Source of the DNA: Spirochaetia bacterium
GTDB taxonomy: Bacteria > Spirochaetota > Spirochaetia > CAKZLE01
Direction of reading: 5' to 3'
Assembly: GCA_963677595.1 (NCBI GenBank)
Contig: OY782041.1
Coordinates: 3,968,001-4,032,000, forward strand
DNA length: 64,000 bases
Each line of letters begins with the position of its first letter. Position 1 is the first letter of the stretch. A model generated the notes under the pieces. That model saw only the letters and a list, made by a program, of their open reading frames with translations, ran no database searches and was not told the origin of the DNA. Below are positions 44,570 to 55,212 of this stretch, in pieces. A program made the translations under genes and the position numbers.

Positions 44570-45586
44570 ATGATCCATGATTCAAAGCATATATGGAAGC
44601 TAATCAGTATACTCCTTATCATCATGCTCACCTGTCTCGTAACCGGGTGCAGGGCACAGAGAGCCAATACCTCACAACCAGAGGATGACGGAATCATCGT
44701 GGGGTTCTCCCAGATCGGTGCAGAGAGCGCCTGGAGGAACTGCAACACCCGATCAGTCCAGGATGCAGCGGCTGAACAAGGAGTACAGCTGGTGTATGCC
44801 AATGCCGAGCAGAAACAGGAGAACCAGATACAGGCACTCCGCTCCTTCATCGCCTACCAGGTCGATGTGATAGCCTTCGTGCCGATCGTCACGGACGGCT
44901 GGGACAATGTCCTGCAGGAAGCCCGGGATGCCGGGATCCCGGTCCTGGTCACTGACCGGAAGATCGAGGTCGCCGACCCGTCACTCTATGCTGGGTTCAT
45001 CGGCACCGACAGCCTGAAGGAAGGCAGGAATGCAGCTCTGTTCCTCCTCGAGAAGTTCGCAGACGAGATAGAGCGGTTCGCAGAGACCGGGGAGTTTATC
45101 AACGTCGTGGAACTAGTCGGAACGGAAGGCTCATCTGTTGCCATAGGCCGTGGGGAAGGTTTCAGGGAAGTCCTCGATGAGCACCCTGAGTTCAAGATCA
45201 TCTACAGCGAATCGGGGGATTTCCTCCGCTCGAAAGGCTACGAGCTCGCGGTCGACTTCCTCGATGCCTATGATGATATAGACGTCATCTTCTCCCACAA
45301 TGACGGCATGACCCTCGGTGCCATCGAGGCCATGGAGGAGAAGGGAATCAAACCTGGTTCGGACATCGTGATCGTCACGATCGACGCACAGCAGGCAGCC
45401 ATCGATGCGCTGCGCGAGGGCAAGGTAAACTGCGTCATAGAGTGTAACCCAAAGACCGGCCCCGACATCATGAAACTCGTCGAGAGACTGGCAGCCGGGG
45501 AGAACATCCCGAAACTCCAGTACGTCAAGGAAGAGGTCTTCTATGAGACCGACGACCTCTCCCTCATCGCGCCGCGCGGGTATTGA
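44570..45586 (+). CDS. Sugar-binding lipoprotein (YtfQ-like), probably the sensory partner of the kinase
   Basis: VTGC lipobox, GFSQIGAESAWR, HNDGM and IECNP motifs. Confidence 0.88.
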   Translation: MIHDSKHIWKLISILLIIMLTCLVTGCRAQRANTSQPEDDGIIVGFSQIGAESAWRNCNTRSVQDAAAEQGVQLVYANAEQKQENQIQALRSFIAYQVDVIAFVPIVTDGWDNVLQEARDAGIPVLVTDRKIEVADPSLYAGFIGTDSLKEGRNAALFLLEKFADEIERFAETGEFINVVELVGTEGSSVAIGRGEGFREVLDEHPEFKIIYSESGDFLRSKGYELAVDFLDAYDDIDVIFSHNDGMTLGAIEAMEEKGIKPGSDIVIVTIDAQQAAIDALREGKVNCVIECNPKTGPDIMKLVERLAAGENIPKLQYVKEEVFYETDDLSLIAPRGY

Positions 45587-45587
45587 G

Positions 45588-47060
45588 ATGAAGAGCGATA
45601 GATCGATCATAGACAGGATATTCTCCGTCTTCAACAGCTCGAGCATCAAGGAGAGGATAAAGATCTCCTATGTGATCATCATCCTCCTGATGATCACGCC
45701 CCCGGTCATCACGGTCGTCTCCTTCGTCGTCCAGATGGTCCGCTACGACCTCATCATCACCAATGTCAGCAAGACGAACCGCCTCAACCAGACGGTCAAG
45801 ATGGATGTCTCCAACGAGATCTGGGACATCGTGGCCGGGAACAAGAAGTTCGATGAAGGCAGCCAGTACGAGATCATCGACGGCATAAACGAGAGCCTCG
45901 ATGACATCATGCGGACTACCGACGTGAGGAAGAACCGCCAGATGCTCGAGGTGGCAGGCCGGGCAGTCGAGACCCTGAAGCGCAATGTGGACCGGCTCGG
46001 CATCCAGATGGCGAACCAGTCGCTGGTGAGTGAGAACGAGGAGAGTCTTGACGAGATCAGGGGGGTATCTGCCCTGATCTCGGATATCCTGCAGGACTTC
46101 ATCGTCCTCGAGATCGAATCTGCGACAGTCACGAATGAACACAACAAGCGGGTGACGCTCGTACTTACGGTCATACAGGTCTTCACCGTCTTCTTAGTCA
46201 CCATCTTCGCCGTGTTCACCCAGCGGTCGGTTACCGCAAGCATCAACCAGCCGATCAAACGGCTGGAGAACCTCTCCACCCGGATCGCTGAGGGGGATTT
46301 CACCGCCAGGGTGAGATTGCCCCAAGTGAGCGAGCTCGACGGCCTGACTGACAACCTGAACATCATGGCAGTCAAGATCCAGGAACTGATCGCGGAGAAC
46401 ATCAGGGAACAGCAGAACCTCCAGAAATCGGAGATGAAGGCCCTCCAGGCGCAGATCACGCCCCACTTCCTCTATAACACCTTCGACACAATCGTCTGGC
46501 TTGCCGAGGAGAAGAAGAATGACCAGGTCATCGACATTACACGGGCCTTCTCGAGCTTCTTCAGGATATCGCTCAACAAGGGGAAGGATTACCTGACCGT
46601 CAGGGAGGAGTTCGAGCATGTCAGGAGCTACCTCACCATCCAGAAGATCCGCTACCGCGATATCCTGGATTATGACATCACCTACGAGCCGGAGATGGCC
46701 GACCGTGAGATCCTGAAGCTGGTACTCCAGCCGCTGGTGGAGAATGCCCTCTACCATGGGATAAAGAACAAGCGGGGCCGCGGCCTGATCACCGTCAAGG
46801 GCTGGCGAGAGGCAGGACGCCTCTGCTTCTCTGTCGAGGACAACGGCATAGGCATGACCGAAGATCAGCTTGCCAACATCACCAAGCAGATCAGAAGCAC
46901 GGCTGACCCGGTGGGGCTGAGCACGGTCTACGGTCTGTACAATGTAAACAAGCGCCTTGAGCTCTATTATGATGCGAGCACGAGGCTAAAGATAACCAGC
47001 CGGTATAAGGTAGGCACGACCGTCACGTTCAGCGTGCCTGAGGTAGAGGCCAATGTATAA
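45588..47060 (+). CDS. YesM/LytS-type sensor histidine kinase
   Basis: Two TM helices, HAMP, ALQAQITPHFLYNT, QPLVENALYHG and VEDNGIG motifs. Confidence 0.92.
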   Translation: MKSDRSIIDRIFSVFNSSSIKERIKISYVIIILLMITPPVITVVSFVVQMVRYDLIITNVSKTNRLNQTVKMDVSNEIWDIVAGNKKFDEGSQYEIIDGINESLDDIMRTTDVRKNRQMLEVAGRAVETLKRNVDRLGIQMANQSLVSENEESLDEIRGVSALISDILQDFIVLEIESATVTNEHNKRVTLVLTVIQVFTVFLVTIFAVFTQRSVTASINQPIKRLENLSTRIAEGDFTARVRLPQVSELDGLTDNLNIMAVKIQELIAENIREQQNLQKSEMKALQAQITPHFLYNTFDTIVWLAEEKKNDQVIDITRAFSSFFRISLNKGKDYLTVREEFEHVRSYLTIQKIRYRDILDYDITYEPEMADREILKLVLQPLVENALYHGIKNKRGRGLITVKGWREAGRLCFSVEDNGIGMTEDQLANITKQIRSTADPVGLSTVYGLYNVNKRLELYYDASTRLKITSRYKVGTTVTFSVPEVEANV

Positions 47061-48642
47061 GGTATTCATCGTAGAAGACGAGATCGTGGTACGGGAGGGA
47101 CTGCGCAACAGCGTACAGTCCGGGGGAGGTCCCTTCGTCCTCGCGGGAGAGGCCTCGGATGGGGAGATGGCCCTGTCGATCATGAAGGACGTGAAACCCG
47201 ACATCCTCATAACCGATATAAAGATGCCCTTCCTTGACGGCCTTACCCTCTCGAGGATCATCAAGAAGATCCTTCCCTGGATCAAGATCATCATCATCTC
47301 AGGCCATGACGAGTTCCAGTACGCCCAGGAAGCTATCTCGATCGGGGTTGACGAGTACATTCTCAAACCCGTCTCTGCCGCTGACATGCTTTCAACCCTC
47401 AACAAGCTGGTTGAGACGATCGAGCAGGAGAAGCTGAACCTCTCAAGCATCGAGAACCTGAGGCTGCAGGCCCAGTCAAGCTCGGACCTGCTCAAGGAGC
47501 GCTGGCTCTGCGACCTGGTGACCGGGATCGTCAAGACGGAGGATGCCCTTGAGAAGGGCCGTGATATGGCCGTCGACCTCATAGCCCACGCATACCTCGT
47601 CGCGATCATCAAGCTGTCCGCCCCTGCCGGGAACTATGCCGACCTGATCTCTGCAAAGCTGAAGATCAACAGCCTTGTAGACAACCAAGAAGATATCATC
47701 TGCTTCTCCCAGAGCAGGGATACGATCATCCTGCTGTTGAAGCAGCTTGGGGGCGAATCGAGCGAGGAGACAGCGTATACGCTTGGCCAGGCGATAAAGT
47801 ACGAGGTCGAACGGAACACGGACTGCATGGCAGCGATCGGGATCGGTTCTGCAGTCGAAAGGATCGGGGGCCTGCCCCGGTCCTATGCTGATGCGGAGAA
47901 GGCCATACGGTTCCTCGTGAGGACCGGGCAGAAACTGATACTCAGTCACCATGACCTGAACTCCTTCTCAGAGATCGATTTCCTGAAACTTGACGGGAAC
48001 CCCATCTCGGAACAGCTGAAATACGTGAAGCGGTCTGGTATCGATGAGATCATCGCCGATTATATCAGGAGGATCGGGGACACCCCCTTCCAGGCCACGC
48101 TCATCGGCTACTACCTGCTGTGTGACCTGATCGTGGCAATATCGAAGATCATCGAGGAACTCGGCGGCGATATCGCCGAAGTCATACCCTCGCTGTCACA
48201 GAAGACCCAGCTCTCGGAGATAGCCGGGTCGAAGGAGACCTTCTGTGACGGGGTCCGTCTCATCCTCGATACCTTCATAACCTTCCGGGAATCAAGGGCG
48301 GCGGGTAAATACTATTCCATGATCCAGAAGGCAAAGCAGCATATTAACAGCCATTTCGCTGACCAGGATATCTCCCTGCATTCCGTGGCATCGGTCGTGC
48401 ATGTCAGCCCCAACCATTTCAGCACCATCTTCTCCCAGGAGACGGGGGAGACCTTCATCGAATACCTCACCCAGGTCCGTATCAGCAGGTCGAAAGACCT
48501 GCTGCTGTCAACAAACTTGAGGAGCGCTGATATAGCCTATGATGTAGGATTCGGGGACCCCCATTACTTCAGCTTCATCTTCAAGAAGACCACAGGCATC
48601 TCTCCTAGGGAATTCAGGGCTGGAGGCACCTGCCTGTATTGA
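47053..48642 (+). CDS. YesN-type response regulator (REC plus AraC HTH)
   Basis: VEDE, ITDIKMPFLDG and YILKP motifs; C-terminal AraC (YFSFIFKKTTGISPREFR). Confidence 0.92.
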   Translation: MYKVFIVEDEIVVREGLRNSVQSGGGPFVLAGEASDGEMALSIMKDVKPDILITDIKMPFLDGLTLSRIIKKILPWIKIIIISGHDEFQYAQEAISIGVDEYILKPVSAADMLSTLNKLVETIEQEKLNLSSIENLRLQAQSSSDLLKERWLCDLVTGIVKTEDALEKGRDMAVDLIAHAYLVAIIKLSAPAGNYADLISAKLKINSLVDNQEDIICFSQSRDTIILLLKQLGGESSEETAYTLGQAIKYEVERNTDCMAAIGIGSAVERIGGLPRSYADAEKAIRFLVRTGQKLILSHHDLNSFSEIDFLKLDGNPISEQLKYVKRSGIDEIIADYIRRIGDTPFQATLIGYYLLCDLIVAISKIIEELGGDIAEVIPSLSQKTQLSEIAGSKETFCDGVRLILDTFITFRESRAAGKYYSMIQKAKQHINSHFADQDISLHSVASVVHVSPNHFSTIFSQETGETFIEYLTQVRISRSKDLLLSTNLRSADIAYDVGFGDPHYFSFIFKKTTGISPREFRAGGTCLY

Positions 48643-48657
48643 CAGTCTGCGGGATGT

Positions 48658-49749
48658 CTATCCCTGGTCCCCGGTCTTCTGGCTGCCTGGGAACCGCAGC
48701 CAGGGCGGCAGTGAAAGGCTGAACTCCCTCCTGTCACGCAGCGACATGACCACACTCTGCAGCACGATGAAGAGGTAGAGCAGGAGGCCGCTCACGATCG
48801 CCTGGAAGTTCGACTGTACACCTGCCGCACGGATCAGTTCATTGATCACCAGGAGGGTCAGCGTGCCGATCGGCGCACCGAGCAGGTTCCCTACCCCGCC
48901 GTTGAGCAGCGTACCTCCTATGATGGCGGAGGCGATCGCCTTCATCTCAGCCCCTGCAGCGTTACCGACATTGCCGGCGCCTGTCGTCATGATATAGACG
49001 AACCCCGCGATGCCGGCAGTCAATCCGCATATCACGTAGGTGAGGAATATCGTCTTCTTCACATTGATGCCAAGCATCATGGCGCTGCTGCTGTTCCCGC
49101 CGACCGCATAGACGTTACGCCCGAAGCGCGACCACTTCATCAGCAGAGCAAGGAGGATGAGGAGGATTACCACGACGATGACCCCCGGCTTGATCTCACA
49201 GGGGATGAAGACGCCAAGCCGGTTCTTCGTGCCGAGCCAGGGGATCACGATATCGAAATCCCTCAAGCTCACGAACGAAGGCATGGTCACATTGATCGGG
49301 TCCTTGTGCAGGGTCGTCAACAGCCCCTGAGCCAGGAACAGCCCTGACAGGGTGATGATGAACGGCTGGATCTCAAGGTAGGCGATGAGGTAGCCCTGCA
49401 GGATACCGAATGCCAACCCTATGCCAAGGGCAACGAGTACCGCCCCACCGATGCTCCCCATCTTTGATTCCAGCATGACCGCACAGGCCATGGTCACCAG
49501 TCCGCATACGGCACCGATGGAGATATCGATGCCGCCCCCGATCATGACGATACACAACCCAAGTGTCATGATGATGAGCGGGGCATTGAGGTTGAAGAGG
49601 TCGATGAAGGTCTGGAACTGCAGGAAACTGTTCGGGAAACTGATGATCGCAAAGAGGTACATCAGCACGAATATGACTGCAGCTATGAGGAAGAGCAGAT
49701 TCGAATTGGATAGTCTCGTCTTAGGTTTTGTTATGTTCACCTTTCCCAT
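48658..49749 (-). CDS. Sugar ABC transporter permease (YjfF-like)
   Basis: GGIDISIG, IQPFIITL, FGRNVYAVGGN and AIIGGTLL motifs. Confidence 0.9.
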   Translation of the reverse strand: MGKVNITKPKTRLSNSNLLFLIAAVIFVLMYLFAIISFPNSFLQFQTFIDLFNLNAPLIIMTLGLCIVMIGGGIDISIGAVCGLVTMACAVMLESKMGSIGGAVLVALGIGLAFGILQGYLIAYLEIQPFIITLSGLFLAQGLLTTLHKDPINVTMPSFVSLRDFDIVIPWLGTKNRLGVFIPCEIKPGVIVVVILLILLALLMKWSRFGRNVYAVGGNSSSAMMLGINVKKTIFLTYVICGLTAGIAGFVYIMTTGAGNVGNAAGAEMKAIASAIIGGTLLNGGVGNLLGAPIGTLTLLVINELIRAAGVQSNFQAIVSGLLLYLFIVLQSVVMSLRDRREFSLSLPPWLRFPGSQKTGDQG

Positions 49750-49750
49750 C

Positions 49751-50830
49751 CTACTCCTCCTTAGTTCCCGGTGTGGTTGAACCTGCGGCCACTGCAGCCT
49801 GCATGGGCCTTCGCCGGCCCCGAATCCTCTCGAGGATCTTCCCTGCATAGGCCCTGACTACCGGTGACGCTACTACCATGAGGATCATGATGAAGACAGC
49901 CTTGAAGACCTTGATCATCGCAGGCTCGATCTCCAGGCGGAGAAGGGTCCTGTTGAGCATCTCGATCGTGTACGCACCGATGATCGAGCCGGTGATGCTG
50001 AACTTCCCTCCGCCGAGCGAGTTCCCGCCTATTGCCACGGCAAGGATCGCGTCCATCATGATGAGCTTGAGCAGGTTCACGCTGTCGTGGCGTCCCGCCT
50101 TGTTGACTGCGATGAAGCCTGCTACTGCGGAACAGACTCCCAAGATGAGGAAGGTCAGGAATATGATCTTCTTCGGATTGATGCCGTTCAGTCGCGCTGC
50201 ATTCGGGTTGATCCCCACCGACTCCACATAGAGCCTGAGGTTGGTGACCTTGAACAGGATAGCTACGATCACGATGAATACGACAGTCAGGATGATCGGG
50301 GTCTGCACCGGCACCCCGGGGATGACCGTGCCGATCTGGTTCGAAATGTCGTTGGCCAGGATGGGCGAGAGCTTGCCGTCGATCATGAAGGCAATTGACC
50401 GCCCTCCCGTGAACAGGATAAGCGACGCGACCATCGGCTGGACCTTGAATACCGAGACCAGAGTCCCGTTGAAGGCCCCGAGGAGAAGCCCTGCTAAGCA
50501 GCTCACAAGGAAACCGGCCACGATGGTCAGCAGCGTGACTTCCCCGGCGTGCAGGACGAACATGACGAATACTGCAGAGGTGATGGTGGCCACCACCCCT
50601 ATGCTTATGTCCTGGCCCTGTGAAGCTGCAGTGACCAGGGTCATACCGATCGACAGGATGACCAGTTCCGAGGCCCCGAACAGGATGTTCGGTATGTTCC
50701 CGTACAGGGCACCGTTGACCACGGTGATGCTGAAGTAATCAGTACCCTTGATCAGGTTGATGACGATGAGCAGCACCATGACCGAGATGGGGAGGAACAG
50801 GTGTGATACGTTCAGTCTCTTTGTACTCAT
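49751..50830 (-). CDS. Sugar ABC transporter permease (YtfT-like)
   Basis: GMTLVTA..GQDISIG, VQPMVASL and DAILAVAIGGNSLGGG motifs. Confidence 0.9.
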   Translation of the reverse strand: MSTKRLNVSHLFLPISVMVLLIVINLIKGTDYFSITVVNGALYGNIPNILFGASELVILSIGMTLVTAASQGQDISIGVVATITSAVFVMFVLHAGEVTLLTIVAGFLVSCLAGLLLGAFNGTLVSVFKVQPMVASLILFTGGRSIAFMIDGKLSPILANDISNQIGTVIPGVPVQTPIILTVVFIVIVAILFKVTNLRLYVESVGINPNAARLNGINPKKIIFLTFLILGVCSAVAGFIAVNKAGRHDSVNLLKLIMMDAILAVAIGGNSLGGGKFSITGSIIGAYTIEMLNRTLLRLEIEPAMIKVFKAVFIMILMVVASPVVRAYAGKILERIRGRRRPMQAAVAAGSTTPGTKEE

Positions 50831-50832
50831 GA

Positions 50833-52332
50833 TCACTCTCCTCCCTGGGCTATCATCTGCATGACATCGCTTTCCGTCATATTCGCTCCCCTCAGTTCCC
50901 CGACGATCTCGCGGTCCTTCATGACGATCAGCCGGGAACAGGTCCGGAGCATCTCCTCGATCTCAGAGGAGATGAAGGTCAGGCTCATACCGGCCTCGGC
51001 AAGCTTGATCACGAGTTTCTGGATCTCCACCTTGGTCCCAACATCGATCCCCCGGGTCGGTTCATCAAGGATCAGGTACTCGGGATTGGTCAGCAGCCAC
51101 CGTGCAAGGATCACCTTCTGCTGGTTGCCCCCGGAAAGCGACCTGATCGGTGTGGCTGTCGTCGGTGTCTTGATACTCAGCTTCTCGATATACTCGTCTG
51201 CAAAGGCTTCCGCCTGTTTTACCGAGAACGGCTTGAAGAAGCCGTTGAGGACCTGCAGGGCCAGGATGATGTTGTCGCGAACCGAGAGGTCAGCGATGAT
51301 GCCGTCCCCCTTCCTGTCTTCCGGCAGATACCCGATCCCCTGCTTCATGGCATGCAGCGGTGTCCTGACCTTCACGGGTTTCCCGTTCATCCGGACTTCC
51401 CCGCCGGTGACCTTGTCTGCGGCGAAGATAGCACGGACGCTCTCGCTGCGACCGGAACCGAGGAGACCGGCGAACCCGTTCACCTCCCCTCTCTGTATCG
51501 TGAAGTCGAACGGCCGAACCCCTGCGGCACTCGAAAGTCCTGAACCCGCGAAGACCGGGACGCTCTCCTCAGAGGAGGGAAGTTCGTGTTTCTGTATCTG
51601 CGTGACATCATCAAGGTTCTTTCCCATCATCTTCGAGATGAGCTCGATCTGGGGAAGCGAGGATGTCTCGTATTCCCCTATCAGCTTCCCGTTGCGAAGC
51701 ACCGTGATCCTATCGCTGATCTCATACACCTGCTCGAGGAAGTGGGTGATGAAGATGATCCCCACGCCCCTGCCCTTCAACTCACGCATGAGCCTGAAGA
51801 GCTTATTGACCTCATCCTCATCGAGTGATGATGTCGGCTCGTCGAGGATGAGGATCTTGCAGTCCATATCGACCGCACGTGCGATCGCGATCATCTGCTG
51901 TACAGCCAGCGAGCAGCTGGTAAGCTCCTGAGTCGGGCTTGCCGGTATTCCGAGGGATTCGAGCAGTTGGGAGGCCTTCCCGTTCATCTGTCTCCAGTTG
52001 ACGAAGGTCCCACGGTCTCGACCGATGAACATGTTCTCGGCCACCGTCAGGTTCGGGCAGAGGGTTATCTCCTGGTAGACCGTACCGATCCCCTTGTTCT
52101 GTGCCTCCTGCGGCGACTTGAAGTGGATCGACTCCCCATCTAAGGTGATCACGCCGCCCTCTTTCTCGTAGACCCCGGTTATGACCTTGATCAGGGTCGA
52201 CTTGCCTGCCCCGTTCTCGCCCATGAGGGCATGGATCTCGCCTTTACGCAGCTTGAAATCAACAGTATCCAGGGCTTTCACCCCGGGAAAGGACCTGCTG
52301 ATACCCTGCATCTCGAGTATGGTTTCTGACAT
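50833..52332 (-). CDS. Sugar ABC transporter ATP-binding protein (YtfR-like, two NBDs)
   Basis: GENGAGKSTL, LDEPT, PEDRK, LSGGNQQK and DEPTRGIDVG motifs. Confidence 0.93.
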   Translation of the reverse strand: MSETILEMQGISRSFPGVKALDTVDFKLRKGEIHALMGENGAGKSTLIKVITGVYEKEGGVITLDGESIHFKSPQEAQNKGIGTVYQEITLCPNLTVAENMFIGRDRGTFVNWRQMNGKASQLLESLGIPASPTQELTSCSLAVQQMIAIARAVDMDCKILILDEPTSSLDEDEVNKLFRLMRELKGRGVGIIFITHFLEQVYEISDRITVLRNGKLIGEYETSSLPQIELISKMMGKNLDDVTQIQKHELPSSEESVPVFAGSGLSSAAGVRPFDFTIQRGEVNGFAGLLGSGRSESVRAIFAADKVTGGEVRMNGKPVKVRTPLHAMKQGIGYLPEDRKGDGIIADLSVRDNIILALQVLNGFFKPFSVKQAEAFADEYIEKLSIKTPTTATPIRSLSGGNQQKVILARWLLTNPEYLILDEPTRGIDVGTKVEIQKLVIKLAEAGMSLTFISSEIEEMLRTCSRLIVMKDREIVGELRGANMTESDVMQMIAQGGE

Positions 52333-52370
52333 CGATCGAAGCTCTCCTTTTGCTGGTATACTACAGACTG

Positions 52371-52398
52371 GCTGCAGCACGGGAGACCGTACTGCAGC
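52371..52398. other. Intercistronic stem-loop after the SBP gene (probable mRNA stabiliser)
   Basis: gctgcagcacgg-gaga-ccgtactgcagc with no U-tail on the coding strand. Confidence 0.5.
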
Positions 52399-52424
52399 GA
52401 AAAGCATGGTGTTGGTGATTCGAG

Positions 52425-53414
52425 TTATCTGGTGATCACACCCTTGCCCGGGTCGGCATTGATGCCCCAGTTGTTGATGTCTTCATCGGTGATCGTGTCA
52501 GTGGTGAAGAGCAGTTCTTCCTGGTAGACGATACCGCTCGGGAGGTTCCCGCTCTTGATCCACCTGGAGATCTCTGCTGCCTGTCTCGGGTTGCACTGCA
52601 TGTCGGCGTCCCAATACCCGGCCTGTACGTTCCTGAGTGCGAACCTGTTGAAGTCGAACCCGATGACCTTGACCTTGCCGCCCTTGCCATGGCTGATGCC
52701 GGCTGCCTCGAGGGCCTGTACAGCACCCTGTGCCATACCGTCATTCTCGGCATAGATGACATTGAAATCCTTGCCTGCAGCGATCGCTGCCTCGACGACC
52801 TTTCGGGCTTCCTCGAGACTCCAGCTATCCCCGCCGGTCCCGTCTGCCACGATGGTGAGTTTCCCCTCTTCTGCAGCCTTGAGCACTGCGGCACTTCGGC
52901 CGATCTCGGCTGCGGAACCCATCTGGCCGCGGATAAGGATCAGGTTGATCTCCGGTAAACCAAGGCCAAGTACCCAATCCACTGCGGTATCGCCCTCATA
53001 GGCCATATCGGAGAGGAGTGCTGCCTGGAAGTTGGATGCAGCCGTGTCGATCCCTCGATCGAAGAGGATGACTTTGATACCTGCGTCCTTTGCGGACTTC
53101 AGGGTGTCGTCCCAACCGGATGCGTTTGCGGCTGAGAGCAGGAGATAGTCCACGCCATCCCTGATATAGCCTTTCGCTGCAGCGATCTGCTCGCTGTTAA
53201 CGCCGGTGTTGGTCTGCTTTGCGTCATAGCCGTTCGCCTCTGAGAAGACATCGTTCATGGCCTCGACATTGGCCTGGCGATAGCCTGACTCTTCCGGCGG
53301 CAGGTTCACGATACCGACCTTGATCAGGCCTGATTCCTGCTGTCCTGCGGCAAACAGGACACCGGTACCCAGTACCAGCATGAGAACTATCAGTACGCTA
53401 AGTATTTTTTTCAT
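52425..53414 (-). CDS. Sugar ABC transporter substrate-binding protein (YtfQ-like)
   Basis: Signal peptide FAAGQQE, ESGYR, LFDR, AENDGMA and MQCNP motifs. Confidence 0.88.
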   Translation of the reverse strand: MKKILSVLIVLMLVLGTGVLFAAGQQESGLIKVGIVNLPPEESGYRQANVEAMNDVFSEANGYDAKQTNTGVNSEQIAAAKGYIRDGVDYLLLSAANASGWDDTLKSAKDAGIKVILFDRGIDTAASNFQAALLSDMAYEGDTAVDWVLGLGLPEINLILIRGQMGSAAEIGRSAAVLKAAEEGKLTIVADGTGGDSWSLEEARKVVEAAIAAGKDFNVIYAENDGMAQGAVQALEAAGISHGKGGKVKVIGFDFNRFALRNVQAGYWDADMQCNPRQAAEISRWIKSGNLPSGIVYQEELLFTTDTITDEDINNWGINADPGKGVITR

Positions 53415-53647
53415 GTATCCCTCCTTTTGGGAATCTATAGAAATGATGAGTCTGCTGCGGCTACGCCGCATCGTTACTGAAAGCTTATAATCGGGAGTTC
53501 CAGAAGTACATGAAGGAATTTATCGAGTTTGGTATGATATTTTACGCGAATGTAAGAAATCTTTGGAAATGAGTGAAAAGGTTGATTATCTTATGGGAAA
53601 CGTTCGTTTTCTTCCGGTAACGGATGTGAAGCGGGGATGTAGGAGTA

Positions 53648-54214
53648 TCAGCCTGTCAGATGTGAGATAAGAATCCTGATCCCGATCCCGATCAATATGA
53701 CCCCTCCAAGTATCTCTATCCGGTTACTGAAGATGTCCCCGAATTTGCTGCCGATCCAGACACCGGCCAGTGAGAGGACGAAGGTGACGACCCCTATCAT
53801 GGCGGCACAGTAGAAGATATCGACATCCAGGACAGAGAAGGTGATCCCTACCGCCAGGGCGTCGATACTCGTGGCAATAGCCAGCACCAATATGACGAGG
53901 AGGCTCTCGTAATCCTGGTCCTTCTCCTTAGACTCATCTGCGAGGAAGGTTGATTCACCGATCATCTTTACCCCGATGAACAACAGCAGCCCGAAAGCAA
54001 CCCAGTGGTCAAACTGCTGTATATATGCACGGAAGGATGAGCCTGCCAGGTACCCGAGCAGGGGCATCACCGCCTGAAAGCCCCCGAAGAAGAGTGCTGT
54101 CCGTAAGGCACTGCGCAGTTTCAGTCTTTTTGCAACACAGCCGCTGGTGATCGAGACGGCAAATGCGTCCATCGCCAACCCGAATGCGATGACCAGTAAT
54201 GTGGTGTGGTCCAT
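53648..54214 (-). CDS. mntP: Manganese efflux pump MntP
   Basis: LAMDAFAVS, FGGFQAVMP and LAIATSIDALAVG motifs. Confidence 0.92.
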   Translation of the reverse strand: MDHTTLLVIAFGLAMDAFAVSITSGCVAKRLKLRSALRTALFFGGFQAVMPLLGYLAGSSFRAYIQQFDHWVAFGLLLFIGVKMIGESTFLADESKEKDQDYESLLVILVLAIATSIDALAVGITFSVLDVDIFYCAAMIGVVTFVLSLAGVWIGSKFGDIFSNRIEILGGVILIGIGIRILISHLTG

Positions 54215-54364
54215 GTATCCCAATCTCCCTGTTCCAGCCTATGTGTGCACCAATCTACCACAGGGGTGTCACAGTTTCAAGATTATGAGATGTCGGTACT
54301 GAGATTCACTACAGGCATATCGTCATATAGACCGGTAGGAAGAGGATATCATCCTGTACATGTG

Positions 54365-54436
54365 CACGTTATTTGGATTAATATCCTTCTGTTTTGACAC
54401 GTTATTTGGATTATTATCCATCTATTTTGACACGTT
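54365..54436. repeat. 33-bp tandem repeat, about 2.2 copies
   Basis: cacgttatttggattaatatccttctgttttga / cacgttatttggattattatccatctattttga / cacgtt. Confidence 0.9.
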
Positions 54437-54438
54437 TT

Positions 54439-55212
54439 TTACTTTAACGCCAATTCCCACAGGACCAGTCCTGTCTCCAGGACCACCGTGAACCCGATCA
54501 GCAGGGCATCCCGCTTCCTGAAACGGATCTCCTTGACATAGGTCCTCTCCGATGCGAAACCGAAAGCCCGGCACTCCAGGGCATCGGCGGTACTCTCCGC
54601 CTTCCGCAAGCCGTTGATGAGGATGGTGAAGATGTAGCGCTGCCACAGGATGATGCGGTGCTTCAGGCTGGTCCCTGCAGCCCGTCCCCTGATGGCATGG
54701 GCTGCCTTGACTGACTCGACTTCCCGCTGGATGAGGGGAAGGAAGCGCAGGGCAAGGAAGACCGTGTAGGCGTAGCGGTAGGGCATGCCGGCCTTTACCA
54801 GGGACTGCATGAGGTCCCGGGTGTCCGTTGTCCAGATGAGGATGAAGCTTGCCAGCACCACCCCGGAGAGGCGGAAGAAGAACACAGGCCCCTGCTGCAG
54901 GCCATAGTCTGAGACCTTCAGGATGCCGAAGGACCAGACGGTCTCGCCCGGGTCGATGAGGAAGTGGAAGATCATGAGCAGGAAGCCCAAGCCGAAGACG
55001 ACCAGGCCGCTCTTCAGGATCTCCACAGGCCGCATCTTTCCCATGAACAGGGCCATCCCCAGGACGAAGAGAAAGACGATCATGCCGGAGAGCGGCTGCT
55101 TGAAGACGAACAGCCCCACGGCGATCAGGAAGACCCAGATGAGCTTCACCAAGGGGTAGACCCGGTTCAGTGAAGATCCCTTGTCCTTGTAACTCAGGTT
55201 ATGCTCAGCCAC
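54439..55212 (-). CDS. ECF transporter transmembrane T component
   Basis: LALRFLP, AIRG and ALECRAF motifs. Confidence 0.9.
   Translation of the reverse strand: MAEHNLSYKDKGSSLNRVYPLVKLIWVFLIAVGLFVFKQPLSGMIVFLFVLGMALFMGKMRPVEILKSGLVVFGLGFLLMIFHFLIDPGETVWSFGILKVSDYGLQQGPVFFFRLSGVVLASFILIWTTDTRDLMQSLVKAGMPYRYAYTVFLALRFLPLIQREVESVKAAHAIRGRAAGTSLKHRIILWQRYIFTILINGLRKAESTADALECRAFGFASERTYVKEIRFRKRDALLIGFTVVLETGLVLWELALK

Noticed and set aside
54224-54436. yybP-ykoY Mn riboswitch upstream of mntP
   Set aside because: No GGGGAGUA-type signature on the minus strand; a promoter (TTGAAA-17-TAGATT) lies close to the start codon.
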